Assembly (NCBI RefSeq): GCF_000143415.4
Contig: NW_003314423.1
Location: 74,011-138,010 of the forward strand
Length of the DNA stretch: 64,000 nucleotides
Direction: 5' to 3'
Source: Selaginella moellendorffii
Taxonomy: Eukaryota; Plantae; Lycopodiophyta
The notes below the pieces were generated by a model. That model was given only the letters and a program-made list of their open reading frames with translations, ran no database searches and was not told the DNA's origin. This document shows, piece by piece, positions 48,701-61,762 of this stretch; within the stretch, counting starts at the first letter, position 1, and the number at the start of each line of letters is the position of its first letter. A program made the position numbers and the translations under genes.

Positions 48701-51700
48701 AACATGCACACGAAGTGCCGAAGCCAGTCTGCCTATTACTGGCCCAAACTCAAAGATCAATAGATGGACAATATCAAAGTCATAGACAATGATATCTTAG
48801 AAGCTTAATTATCAGTGAATATATCTTAGATTAGAACACAAAAGTATTCCAAGCCAGTTATCATCCGATAAACTAGGATTACAGTATAGGAACCACCAAG
48901 ATCATCATAATTGGGAAACATAGGAATCACCATCTAACAAAACTCAATAGCAAGCGTATCATCGAGAAAACTCAATGACAAAACTTAACTACTGAAGATG
49001 GCAGATAGTATGCCGAACAACTTACCAAAGATAACTCAAAGAACACAAATTATCATCAACTGGCAAGCAAAATGCTTGCGAATGTATCACCTGGAGGAAA
49101 TAACATTCCAATCTATCAGAACAAACTCAAGCAACAATCAACAGAAGAGAATGAATGCGGTAAGATTAATAAACACTCACTCCTGCCAACTATCACAAAA
49201 GTCAATCTGAATAGATCCCAGCCAACAATACCAAGGAACTCAAGTTGCCTAAGCAAGTGTCAGCAATATCCTACTGATGTCTCAAACCCAAGAGACCAAT
49301 CCAGAGCAAACCACAAAGAACATGCGGTATTGCGAAAAGCCAAAAGCTATCAAAGAGAACAACTAACCATCATGAAAGATCATCAATCATCCCATCAATA
49401 AAGAAATGCATAATCATTGTCAAAGAAAGAATCCACCATCCCGCAGAATGGCAAACCATTCTATATCAACAATAACTAAGCAACACCCTTGACAAGGATA
49501 ATCAACTATCTTAGATGATAGTCAATCATCGCCAATGATTGCTAAACGCAAATACTAACATCAATATCGAAGCTAACAAGCCAAAATGTTTTCCCCAACA
49601 ACTTCTAACAAATGGAACAATGAGCATAAAACTCAAAGAACCAAAAGCTCGAAGAAGTCTATAGCTAAGTCTTGCTTAACAATGATCACAAGTCTTGCAT
49701 GAACTAACTTCAATGCTAAAGAAGAAATCATAGTACAACCCACAACATCCTCTTCAACACATCCATAAGCTAAACTTCATAATGCCAAAGCTAATGAAGA
49801 GCATGTCTGCATCAATCCAAAAGCTAAGCATAACGAAGCTATACTCAACAAGTGATCACCAAACGATCCTCCATGAATCCATCTATAGCAAGACGTAACT
49901 CACTTCATAACAAGCATAAGAAGAATCATCAGTGATCGATATATCCCAACTGAAATCCAGCAAGGATTCAATCACTAACTCTTCCCTCTTATAAAGCTAG
50001 CATAGTCCATGACTAAATCACTTTTCAAGGAAAAGCCAAAGCTTAACCTCTACTAAATAATCTCGTCTAGAACATAATTAACTCAAACTTGCCACTCAGT
50101 TCATTTGAACGTCAACATAGTTGCTAACTAGCAAATGCGCGAATGCTAATAACACAAAGCTATAACCAAATCATCAACACTATCTTCATCGAGAACAATG
50201 AAACTCAATATCAATCCTAAGGATAGATATATCATCTCACCTGAATCTCAACATCAATATTATCAATGACAAAGCATCACCTCAATGCCATCAACACCAT
50301 AATAAAGCTAGAAGAAAGCAAGAGTGAATCACCACTCAAAACTCTCTTGCAACCAAGCTAACCAAAGTCGAAGATACTTTACTCAGTATCCTAGACTAAT
50401 CCTTCAACAATACTCAGTTACAGATAACACTTCCTCAAGGAGTGAATCACCACATCCAAGACTCCATGAAATCCAACACTATGAACTAAATGCAACCAAA
50501 TGGTATAAACAAAGGTAGAGTCAACATACCAACATGGAAAACCATATAAGTCTAATGACACGATCCTCTGCAACACCATCCGATAAAGCAAGCCCATCAC
50601 TGCTGAATCATCATCAAGTGAAGCAAGTGTAACAGTCTTCGACAAAATCTACAAGTAATCACTAGTCGCAAAGCAACTAACAATCACTCTTTCAACTTGC
50701 CTTCACAAGACCCAAACACTAAACTCATGCCATCGAGTCATATACTTGTCCAACATGAACGTAATACCTCATGGACGAGATAAAGGTTCATAGACAAGCA
50801 CAAACTAAATAACCACTCGAACCCAACTCAACCGCGATAAACTCACCAATGCATTTAACCACTAGCTCTGAGCATGCCTTGAAGAGGCTAGCTATACATG
50901 ATCAACACTAAGTCGAAACTCAAGTGAAGACCATGAGATGAACTCATGTCAGTACACAACCTCCTCACAGACAAAGCTATAGTATGGGTACTAACATCTC
51001 AAACTCAAACAACTAAGTTGAACATCACTATCCTCAGCCAAGGCGCAGGGCCACCAAGACCAAGTCAAGATTAGTAAGAGCTCACTACTCTCATAGAGTC
51101 TAATAGAATGCAAGGAGCAACTTGCCACAAGCATAACGCTGTAAAAGAAAGGCACAAGGGTCACCTTTCTAGAAAAGTGCAATGGCCACTTTTCTACATC
51201 AACTCCAGACTCTATCCAACTCAATTGCTCTAGCTTCGAAAATCAGCATCCCTTTCGGGTCGCATCATACAAACTACCTACCAAGGTCTAAGCCAACCGA
51301 AGTCAACTCCAACCCCTTCACTAGTTTGTACTGGCTTACGAAAACAGAATGGTTTTTGGCAAAGTGATAATAGATTAGCTATTGGAAAAATCTAAGAAAA
51401 TTTGTGGAAAATTTTCCATCCTAGAGAAAGAATGGCTCTCAGTCCAGGAATGCAAACTTTCAAGACTCAACCAACTTCCTCCTACTAACAACTTCACATA
51501 GGTTCACCTCAACATACATTCTCATGACCCATAGTATGCTTAAGCCTTGAACATCTCTTTTTGCCCATACTTCCGACATCCAACACCGACATCCGCAAAA
51601 TGCAAAGTGAACATCCAAGGCTTGATCACGAAGACCACATCTTCGGATATCTACATTGCACTAACACTCTTCTTCAACCACCTTCAAGATCCAATGTGAA

Positions 51701-54334
51701 GCTAAAACACTAACAAGAAAAATGACATAGAAAATCAAGGTCTAAGGAAAATTCCTCATCACTCGAACAACAATGCCACTTCCACTAACATAAGTGCTAG
51801 TGATGTAAATGCCTCAACTACACACCTTTTCCATCCAACAATCTACTCCAAGTGTTAACGGATAAACCAACAAGCTATAGCAAGTGAATGCTATAACCCT
51901 TTCCAACACATTATGGGCAAACCCTCAAGGAAACAAGGTACCAACTCAAACTTAGCATAATGGTCCACCATTGAGAATCTAGTCAAAGCTACTACAATGC
52001 TACTACGTGCAAGTAGATTAGCTTCTCCATCAACCACTTTGGGGTTGATCATCGTTAACCAAGCAACTTCGTAAACACATTGTTCATTATCACATGGATA
52101 TGATATAAGTATCACAATGACTTGATCATCAATCAAGCAACAATATGAGCAATGCCAATGTCATTACTTCAAAGGTTTATGTGAGCATCAAGTGCCAACT
52201 CAATTCGACAAAATGCAACATAAATGCCACACTCCACCGATAGAGTTTTATAACACCCAACACCACTAACTTTTTGTTCACAACATGGACAAACTCATGC
52301 CACTCTCTTTCTGACCAAACTCAACACTAATCCAATACCAAGCTACTCAAGGAGCAATAGCAAGGTTCCCCGGAAAAGAATTGAGCATTGCAACCCAAGT
52401 CTTCCGATAGCAAGTCTAGACAAAATGGTTTAGCGTTTCACCGCTATCCATCCCATGACTCACCATTTGTAAGACCATCATTTCCAACATGCATCAAGAT
52501 AGGGACTCTTGATTGCATAATGTGAACACGAGCAATGAGTCACACCTCGTTGCAAATCATTTCTCCAAGAGAAGATGATTTACGTGTTTGATCCTTCGTC
52601 CCCGATGACTCTCTTTTCGTTCTCAATTTTGACTAAACCTCAAGCTTGCTTTCGCACTACCTTCAGTTCAATCCAAGAAAAGTTTATGAGAGAGCACGGC
52701 AATGATTACTTGAACCAATAGACTAATCCCTACAGTCTTTACTGATCCACTTGTAACCATGCCTAGGAAGGATCCACTAGTGCTATGCTAAACAGCTACA
52801 GACCAACCTATTTGCCACTCATAGCAAACTTAGGGAAGGTTTACTTTCACCCACGGTACATGGAACAACTCATGGAACCACTGATAGGCTAACATTAATC
52901 CTGCCAACTCAAAGTGTAACCTCAAGTTGCTAATGCGCCTCACTCACGAGCCCAAGCTCAAACTCGTGCTAACGGAGCATCTCAAATCCATCCTATGAGC
53001 CCAAGAGCAAGCTCACATTGTTAGGTACAAAAGGTAACCAAAACCATACCCAAGGAACAAATGTGAACCCTTTGCACCAAACGTGTACCCACTCGGATCA
53101 TCGTTTTCATCTCTGCGTATGCAACGAGACTAGTTGCCCAATCTCATTGTATAGTACTCGCTGAGACTCACCCTCTAATACCAAATGTAGCGCACGTGGT
53201 TTTGACCCTTTATCCTATGGTGATTTACCATAGGATAACACCACGAAGCGGAACCTAAACCCTCTTTGTGCCACGTGACGGATGCCACGTGTCACATGCC
53301 ACGTGTCCATGCCACGTGTCCATAGGAACCCGAGGTTCAGGGCCTTGGGCCACTGAACGATAGAACGGTGCCAAACTCCCAAGCATGGAGCCAAGGAGTG
53401 TCGGAACCGAACCATGGAGCAACTCCCGAGCATAAAGCCCAAGGAGTGAAGGGACAGGAGCCCGGAGCGACTTGGAATAGTCCTGGAGCAACCAGCATCC
53501 CAATGCCAGGACCAGCACGCAAAACGGAGCCAAATGGAGTCTGGCGCTATTTCGGCATACCGGTGGCCTAACGTGAGGATATGGGTACTCCACCAACTAG
53601 CATGGAATGGAACTTGGGCTTAGACCCAAGCCGGACGCAGAACAAGGATAGGCACGCAAGCGGGAGCTAGACTATGCCTCAGGTTGGTCAGCCATGCCCA
53701 ACCTACCCACTATCCCTACTATACATTTAGAACCCCCCATAGCCCCCCCCCCCCTTGAGGAACACACGCTTTGGGCTTTCACCCCAAGCCTCCCTTAGTA
53801 TCAGGAGTTAGTCTCTGGGACAAGTTCGAAACTTACTAAATATGGAATGTCCCTAGATTGCGAATTTGGACACGGGACAAACACCATTGTGTTCAGGACG
53901 ATCTCTACATTCCGTAGATATGCCAAATGAGCAAATCTGGACACTTTCCACAAATAGCATTTGGGACCGAAATGAGACTAACACAAAGGGCATGATAGCG
54001 AGGGTGTTTGGCAGACACGGTAAGCTATCATGTAGCGATATTGAGGGACCAATCTCAATACGCGAGGGTTCTTGTCAAGCCAGTGCAAAACAGAGCAAAA
54101 GAGAACTAACAAGCCGGGCCAAGTATGCTCAGCTAAATAGACACTTAGGAATTCCTTCCTTATGCTCATCCGGCCAAGTACAGATACAAAGTCCAGTTTA
54201 CTAACACTTGAACAAGAGGGGCTAATAAAGGGAACCAGCAATACCGACCTCCTGCCATCGTGGCAGTAAGGTAAGAGTGTCCGTAAGGACTAGTTGACAG
54301 GTAACTTTCGATACCCGAAGTCACATGCGCGACA
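39782..54334 (-). mobile_element. Outer non-autonomous LTR retrotransposon (LARD-like); LTRs at 53186-54334 (5') and 39782-40936 (3')
   Basis: About 1.15-kb direct repeats TG...CA, TSD ATGTA (39777-39781 and 54335-54339), PBS (revcomp TGGTATTAGAG) beside 53185, PPT (revcomp of ctctccccccctt) at 40937-40949; no long ORF. Confidence 0.95.
41338..48617 (+). mobile_element. Inner non-autonomous LTR retrotransposon of the same family, in opposite orientation; LTRs at 41338-42481 and 47474-48617
   Basis: Two apparently identical 1144-bp LTRs, PBS TGGTATCAGAG at 42484, PPT AAGGGGGGGAGAG at 47461-47473, TSD CCCTT (41333-41337 and 48618-48622). Confidence 0.96.
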
Positions 54335-54707
54335 ATGTAGTTGCTTGATGCTATGCAATTGTAGTTAAACAATTAAACTTAGGAGGCTACTACTCTATAT
54401 AAAAATGAACGAAAAGGAAAAAAAAAGAAAAAATTGAAAAATTTATAAGGAAAGTGAAATCTAGACAATGCAAAAGCTTCATCTAAACCAAAATCCAAAA
54501 TATAACCATTCATCAGGGACAATTAAAAATGCTTCTCACCTACACTAATGTGAGTGTATAGAATATTGAAATAAGCCTAAAAACCCTAGTTATATACAAA
54601 AGTTGATATTAATTTGACAGCTGTCAAAATCCCACTACACTAATATTAGTATATGGCATCATAGCTGTATACTTCAATATCATAATATTAATTGTTTTAT
54701 TTCCAAG

Positions 54708-54709
<2 letters not shown>

Positions 54710-54758
<49 letters not shown>
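54710..54758. repeat. (TA)n microsatellite, about 24 units
   Basis: Direct observation. Confidence 0.97.
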
Positions 54759-54763
<5 letters not shown>

Positions 54764-55442
54764 TAAATCAATCTATCTTATATATTTAAATCTTATTATG
54801 GCCCAGGATGAATAATTTGCTACATATTGTATGCAACAACACTTGATAATAGTATTGTTATATATATTTAATATTATTTAGTAATTTAATCTAGTGTATA
54901 ATTATAATTATTGCATAAGAATAAACTAATATACTAGGAAGTGTTTAAGAAAGTCTAAAAATTATAACTGTTAAATAGTATAATTCAAGAATATCCAAGC
55001 ATATTCTAAGAGTCTAAACACATCTAAAATGTGATTTTTTTTCTTATAAAAGGTTTGGCTCTTATAAAATTCTAAGTGTTGACAATAAAAATTATTCTAT
55101 TTCTTTAGGTCGATTCTTGAAAAATATAGAATATTAACATATTGATTGAATGCTATGTTTATTTTTTATCTTTCACAAATGAATATAAATGTTTTTCTCA
55201 TTAATAATTTTACTCAAGCAAACCTGTAAGTAGAAGTTGCAATGCATAACAAACACAGCAATACTATTTTTCTTTCTTTGGGGAGTTTGCTCATTTTTCT
55301 TGATTTTTAGTAATAAAATAAGCCACAGTGATGGCTATTACTGAGTGATTATTAGATATTTACAATATGAGGACATTCTACATTTATTCATTTAGATTAA
55401 TTTTGTGTGCTACTTTTTTTCTCTTACCGATAATTAAGAACA

Positions 55443-57087
55443 TTACAATTGGGATAAGCAAGCCGTTCCAAAGAGACGGTAGCTGGGAAGCTTAAACTTC
55501 CTTTCCTGGAAGACGTTCTGTGGCACAATCACTTCCTCCACAAGCCTGCATGGTCGCAAAGCAAAAGCAATTGAGAATACATGAAAGCTTCCAGGGACAT
55601 ACCTGGAACTTTGATATGAAGAATGGTGATGATTGTCATCTACAATAGTTGCCTTGAGTCGTTTGCTCGTGGCTGCAGCAGAAAAGGAAAAGAAATTAGT
55701 AGAGGTAAAAGAAAAAAAACCAAAATACTTGTGTCCAGCTCGGCCTCGTCACGGTCCTCAATTGGCACTGTCGAGGTTGTCCCTTCGAGCACAGTGGCCC
55801 CCTTGGGAAGGCGAATGGTGAGAATCTCATCCTGCAGATTAGCTATTAAACCGTCGACGTTGGTGTAAGGAGGAACGGCAAGCTTCTCGGGGCAGTAAAC
55901 GTCCATCTCCGTGGAAACAAGCACACCCCGTCCATGTTTTTCAACATGCACTTGATCCAGCGACGAGAGACCTGTACAGTAGTACGCAAGAGAAAAAAAA
56001 AAACATGAGATAACGTTGTCTGCAGTTGACTTACCCGGCACTTGCACATCGACAGTGTAGAACTGCTGGTTCTCGAAGGACGACCACAATAGCTTGCGCT
56101 TGTCATATCCTGCATGCCACAGAGAAAAAGAAATAAAAAAACTCCAGGCAGGATCAAAGCCATACCTTTATCAATGTGCTTGAGGCAGTTTAGCAGCAGC
56201 TGGTAAGCATGTTTCTTCTCAAAGTTGTAGAGAGCAACTAGACCGCCATGATCAGGGAACTGCGGGAGCCCCCCGGCATCAGCCACCTCCTGCGCTAACT
56301 TGAGGCTCCTGACACACATCGTCAAGGGAGCGTCGGGGAAGAATTCAGTGCATGGAACGACCGGTGTAGCATGTGATATAGAGCGCTGATGGACCAGAGC
56401 GGTGAGGTTTGTGGACTGCAGACGAAAGAACCTGGTCCAGGATTCAGCGCCAAACACTCTCGCCTGCTCCTGCAACTCGTGCACTTCAAGACTCCGGCAA
56501 AAGTCGTGCACGAGGCGAGTTTCTTCCCGTCCACGCAAGTCGCGAATTGCATTCCCGATCGCGGCTCCCACCCCTGCAAAGCCGGGAAGGGAGAGACGGC
56601 CGCCACGATGGCCGGCGGGCAAACCGCCCCATCGACCGCAAACCACCCGGACACGACCGGCGGGCGCAAGTCGCCCTCAGCCCCCGGCCGCCCGGCCTCG
56701 GGCTCCACGTAAGCGAGCGGGGGGTTTGGGATTCTCCCAGACGCCGTCCACGAGCTTGATTATGTGTGTATATGGGACGGGATGTCGTCAAACCCGAGTG
56801 GTTTTCCAGTGGATGGGGGGATTTCGCTCACAATTTCGGTGTACTTGAGCGTGTAGTCCAGGAGATGCGCCTCGAGGCCGCAGGTGGTAACATCAGAGTT
56901 GCCCAGCACCTTAAAGGCTTGGCCGAGGACACGGTTGTCTAAGCGGAGCATCACCACCCATAGAAACTCTCTAAACTCTTTGTAGGCTTCTGGGTCGGTG
57001 GTTTGCTCACCTGAAAGAGCTATTAGCTGCGCTTGCTGTGAGGATGCCGCTCCTACTCCTAGTCGCGCCTATCAGCCGCATCAACAT
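55443..57087 (-). CDS. Multi-exon gene or pseudogene with an unknown N-terminal region and a C-terminal HSP20/alpha-crystallin-like domain
   Basis: Four short GT-AG introns splice ...LKHIDKG|YDKRKLLWSSFENQQFYTVDVQVPG|LSSLDQVHVE...PPYTNVDGLIANLQDEILTIRLPK... into one frame ending at 55443; the 5' part has a stop or frameshift near 56680-56762. Confidence 0.6.
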
Positions 57088-57121
57088 TTTGCGTTCCTTG
57101 CTGGGTTTTGGGTTTTAGTAT

Positions 57122-57755
57122 AGGCGCGAGCGATGGCATCCAGCTCCAGCACGCAATTCGACTTGCGCCTCGTTGCTATCCCGGGCTAAGAACGAGGTAT
57201 GGGCATAATCTGGAGGATGAATGGTTCGTGGTTTACTTGCTCTACGAGACGTGTATGTCATGGGTGGGCGATGATGGGGGGATTTTGCTCATAGAGCGAT
57301 ACCAAGATGGTTGAAACCAGAGAACAGCCGAAACGGAGTGTGTCCGCTGCCCACCTCTCCACCTGGCGGTGGAGTCTTTTTACTCTCGCGAGGAGAGTGG
57401 GGCCTGCGGTTTCGAGATGATGTATTGGGAACGCTCCAATTTACAGGATGAGCAGGCGGTGGGAAAGACATTTCGAAAGGGCCTGGAGGCTGGAGGCAAT
57501 CTCTTAAAGAACACCGCCCGCTTTTGGACGACCGAGAGACTGAAACGTTTTGGCGAAGATTGACGTGAAGTTAATCTTTTCCAGAGAAGCAATGCAGGCC
57601 CCTGTGGCTTTGGAACATAGAGCCGAGGATTTTATGAATGTGGGTATCCCGATGACTCGTGGTTATATAAAGGTGCCGTGCAAGAGGAAATAGACGCTCA
57701 CAATTAGAAAAGTGGTGGTAAGACTCTGCCACCTGCGACTTCAATCCCATCAAAG
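57122..57755 (+). pseudogene. Heavily deleted remnant of the ecdysoneless/SGT1 5' region
   Basis: RTRYGHNLEDEWFVVYLLYE and ACGFEMMYWERSN blocks match 59765-61120 with many internal deletions; an intron remnant is retained. Confidence 0.88.
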
Positions 57756-57959
57756 TGATCACTCCAGGCTCGAGTGTCTGGGATTTGGGCTCTCACCTAT
57801 CCTTCTCACGCAGCCTCCGTGCCCTGAACCCCTTCTTTGGATCCAAGCTAAATAACAAAAGTCTGCATTGCTTTCATCACAGCCTCTGGTTGATACATCC
57901 AGAGTTCCTCCTTGTCTTTAAAACTCGCCATTGATCTAGATATTAGTAACTTGGAGAGA

Positions 57960-58297
57960 ATGAGGAAGATAAATGGTTATGTTTCTATCCTCCTCCTTAT
58001 GCTCGTTGGCTGTGCTTTGAATGTGAATGGAAGCAAGCGTATGATCTCTCCACATTTTTCTCTCATTTTTCATTTTCTGATTGAATTCGCAAATTCTCTT
58101 TTGCAGATAGATGGGATGAACTTCTGAGAGCAAATGCCAAACAAGCCAAGAGCACGATTCAGCGTGAGGTCGGAGCTGGTGTTGATGTTATAATTCTTCC
58201 AGATGATGGTGCTTACAGTGATGATTATATCTGGGATAGAGTGAGGATTTTCAAAGATAAAAACAATAAAGTGTCCCAAGTTCCAATGAGGGGATAG
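57960..58297 (+). CDS. Secreted potato inhibitor I family protease inhibitor, copy 2 (exons 57960-58038 and 58107-58297)
   Basis: Signal exon, 68-nt GT-AG intron, then HRWDELLRANAKQAKSTIQRE...IILPDDGAYSDDYIWDRVRIFKDKNNKVSQVPMRG*. Confidence 0.9.
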
Positions 58298-58448
58298 AAA
58301 AATAACTATGGCCAAAGATAAATTTAATCTTAATATTTACAAAAGTGGCCCAGTTTATTTAAAATAAACCTCATAGAAATTTATTCATTTATAATCTGAT
58401 TCACAATTTCATGTATAAAGGCACAATTCTCCCATTAGTTTCCTAAAA

Positions 58449-59627
58449 ATGTCTCTATGGTTTATTGTTCTTGTATCATTCTCTCTAATTTCAAGCCCAT
58501 TACTCGTGGCTGGGATCCAGACGCTGAAAGTCTCGTCCGTCTACAATTTTGGTGACTCTTACTCCAACACTGGCAACCTGGACGCTGGATTTCCCGTACT
58601 TCAACATCTTCAATCTCCCCAATTCCCATATCCCATCGCAGCACTGCCCCTAGGGCAAGGATTTCTATCGCAACAATCAACACTCAAGGTTTTGCAATGG
58701 CCAGCTTATGATCGACTACCTCACCGATTACCTTGGCTTCCCTCTCCTGTCCCCATACTTGCGGAGCATCACCATGGGCTCCAACTTCCACCGCGGCGCA
58801 AACGTTGCCTATGGAGGATCCACCGCCGCCTCGGTCTACGAGAACCACAACCCCTTCGATCTCGACGTCCAGGTCTTCGAGTTCTTGCGCCTCCAGCACC
58901 TGGCCAACACCACCTCCGGATCCACCAAGCTCCCATCGCCAGCTTCCTTTTCGGACGCCCTCTTCGTGATCCAAGCCGGCTCCGCGGACTTCGCCTACAA
59001 TCTCTTCGCCCAGAATGTAAGCGTCCAAAACATGACCGCGATGGTTGTGCCCATGGTCGCCGAGACCATCTACAACGAGACCATGATCCTCGCGCAGCTC
59101 GGCGGCGCCAAGAAGTTCCTCATCTTCAACCAGCCGGCGGTGGGCTGCCAGCCCTTCTTCCTCACGCAATCCAAGCTCTACGGCCAGACCCAGAGGGACG
59201 GGCTCAACTGCGTCAAGAGCTACAACGACATCGCCCAGGCATTCTCCTCGCAGCTCAACAAGACGGTGAGCGCTCTCTGCGGGGGGACGCCGGCTCCATG
59301 GTTGTCTACGCCGACCTCTTCCAGGCCAGCATCGATGCGATGAACAGCTTCCAGGCCGAGAATGCGCTGCGGGCGTGCTGTGGATCGCCGCACGGCGATG
59401 GCGAGTCTAATTGCCAGACCGGGACGATCAATGGCGTCGCTACCATGTTTACGTGTGGATGCGGCAAAGGGAGGGCTTACACGAACAGCACCGAGTTTGC
59501 GAGCTGGGATGGAATTCACTACACAGAGGAATTTAACAAGGTGGTAATGGAGAAATTTACCAAGGAGAACATGTACTTTGACACCAGCGGTAGAATTTTT
59601 TGCCGCGTAACTTTTTTTACCAATTAA
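58449..59627 (+). pseudogene. GDSL esterase/lipase with two compensating frameshifts (full-length ORF, but the middle is read out of frame)
   Basis: Signal peptide, FGDSYSNTGN (block I) and WDGIHYTE (block V) lie in the 392-aa frame; RFCNG, GANVAYGGS and AGSAD (blocks II-III) lie in the +1 frame. Confidence 0.82.
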
Positions 59628-59708
59628 CAAATAAAACTTTTCACATTTTTTTCTTTTTGTGGAATCACCCTTCTCACTAAGCAGCTAGGGTTTAGGTAGG
59701 GTTTGGCG

Positions 59709-61762
59709 ATGGATGCTGGTGCCGAGGACGCGGTGTTCTATTCGATCTATCCGGGATTACCAGCCGGCGCGAGCGATGGCGATACCTTGATCCAGCTCCA
59801 GCGCCTCCGCGACGATTGCCTAGCTGTAGCGTCGCCGCTTGTCCGTGGATACATCTGGCAGCACGCGCAGTTCGATTTGCAGGTAGCGCTTTCGGCGCCG
59901 CCATCGCACAGGGAGCCGGCATTTTCCGGTGACGAGGAGCCGGCGGCTCGTTGCGATCCCGGGCTGCCGCTTGTCTATGGAAGAACGAGGTATGGGCATA
60001 ATCTGGAGGATGAGTGGTTCGTGGTTTACTTGCTCTACGAGATTTCTCGGAGGATTCCGGGGGTGTATATCAGGGTGTGGGACTCTGATGGAGAGTTTTT
60101 GCTCATAGAGGCAGCGTACGCGATACCAAGATGGTTGAAACCAGAGAACAGCCAGAACAGGGTGTTCATCAGCCAGGGGTCACTTCACATTCTTCCACTG
60201 CCCACCTCTCCGGCTCACGTTGGCCTTTCTCTAGCAAATCCAACGCTGGCAGAGGCCGTGAGAGTTCTTTCCAGCGGAAGCGTCGACACTAGAGCTTCCG
60301 AGGGTGTCCAGGCAGCAATCGGCCGAAAGTTGGAAGGATATCCCGAGCGGTCCCGGAAGAACATGCACAGAGTGAGATGCAAGGTTCCTTTGAGCGTAGC
60401 GCAGGTGCTCAAGCACGAGCCACAGCTGGTTGCTCTGGCGGTGGAGGCGTTTTACACTCGCGATCACGATGCAATGGCTGCGGCCTCGAGGATGGAGAAG
60501 TTTTTACGTGGAGGGCAGGATGAGATAGTCACCGTGGCGGTTTGCTTGTCCAAGGCTATGTACGCTCAGCTCAAGCAGCAGGTTTTCCAGGCTCCTCGGA
60601 TTTATCCTGCGGAGGGACAAGATGACATTGGCGTGAAGCTGGCCTGCGGTTTTGAGATGATGTACTGGGAACGCTCCAATTTCCAGGATGAGCAGGCAGT
60701 AGGCAAAACATTTCGAAAGGGCCTGGAGGCTAGAGGTTACTTTAAAGATCTTCTTGAAGGATCGAAAGAACACCGCCAGCTTTTGGACGCTGCCTTTGCC
60801 AGCTACCGAGAGACGGAAACGTTTTCAAGAATAAGGTAAAGGTTGACGGGAAGTTAATCTTTTTTAAATTTTCTTCGTTTTTCCAGAGAAGCAATGCAAG
60901 TCCCTGCGAAACGAATTGACGAAATTTTGGCTTTGGAACATAAAGCCGAGGATTTCATGAATGTGGATATCCCGGAAAGTGACGATGACTCGTGGTTATA
61001 TAGAGGTGAAGATGAGCTAACAAGTGCCATGCAAGAGAGACAGAAGGAAATGGACGCTCACGATAAGAAAAGTGGTGCTAAAACTCTGGCACCTGTTGTC
61101 GAAGGCGAGTTTGATCCCAGCGAATTGACCAAGACAATGAAGTCATTTGTGGACAAAATCTCAAGTTTTGAGGGTGCTGAGGTACCAAAGAGTAAGATAT
61201 ATTTGTGATCTTGTTTTGGGCTTTTGCTAACCATCAACTCTGACAGATGACGAGCCTGTGTCTATGGATTTGGAAAATTTTATGCAAGAGCTCAAAACAG
61301 CACTGAAACTGGATAATGAGCGTGCCGGGAACTTGCAGTCGGGCTCCTCAGATTCAGATTCGGGTGAAGGTATTCGTTTTCTCTCCTCTCAATATGCAAG
61401 CTCTAAATTGTTTTCCGTTTGAAAGCTCAGACGACGAAGATGGAGACCTTTCGAAAGGTGACGATGACTTTATGGAGGAGTACTCCGACGCTATCCAACA
61501 CGAGCTTAAAAACTCGAGTGTCTCCAAAACATTTGCTCAACCTGACGTGTCTCGCGCTTCTGGGTCAGCATCTACTTCTGCTACCGCTACCGGAGATGAC
61601 AACTTGCCCGTGGACGTAGACCTCAACCTGCTCAAGAACCTGCTCGACTCGTACTCATCGCAGCAAGGCCTGCCCGGACCAGCGTCTAACGTCCTGGGAA
61701 TGATGGGAATGCAGCTCCCAGACGACAAGGAGGAGCATAAACGTAAGACTCGGAGGAAGTGA
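59709..61762 (+). CDS. ECD: Ecdysoneless (ECD)/SGT1-family protein, multi-exon, apparently intact
   Basis: YIWQHAQF, GRTRYGHNLEDEWFVVYLL, DSDGEFLLIEAAYAIPRWLKPENSQNRVF, GVKLACGFEM, C-terminal [24 protein letters not shown]. Confidence 0.9.

Noticed and set aside
39811-54372. Short ORFs repeated two to four times within the LTRs and internal regions
   Set aside because: They recur only because the LTRs are repeated, show no gag/pol motifs, and internal-region ORFs are not preserved between the two elements
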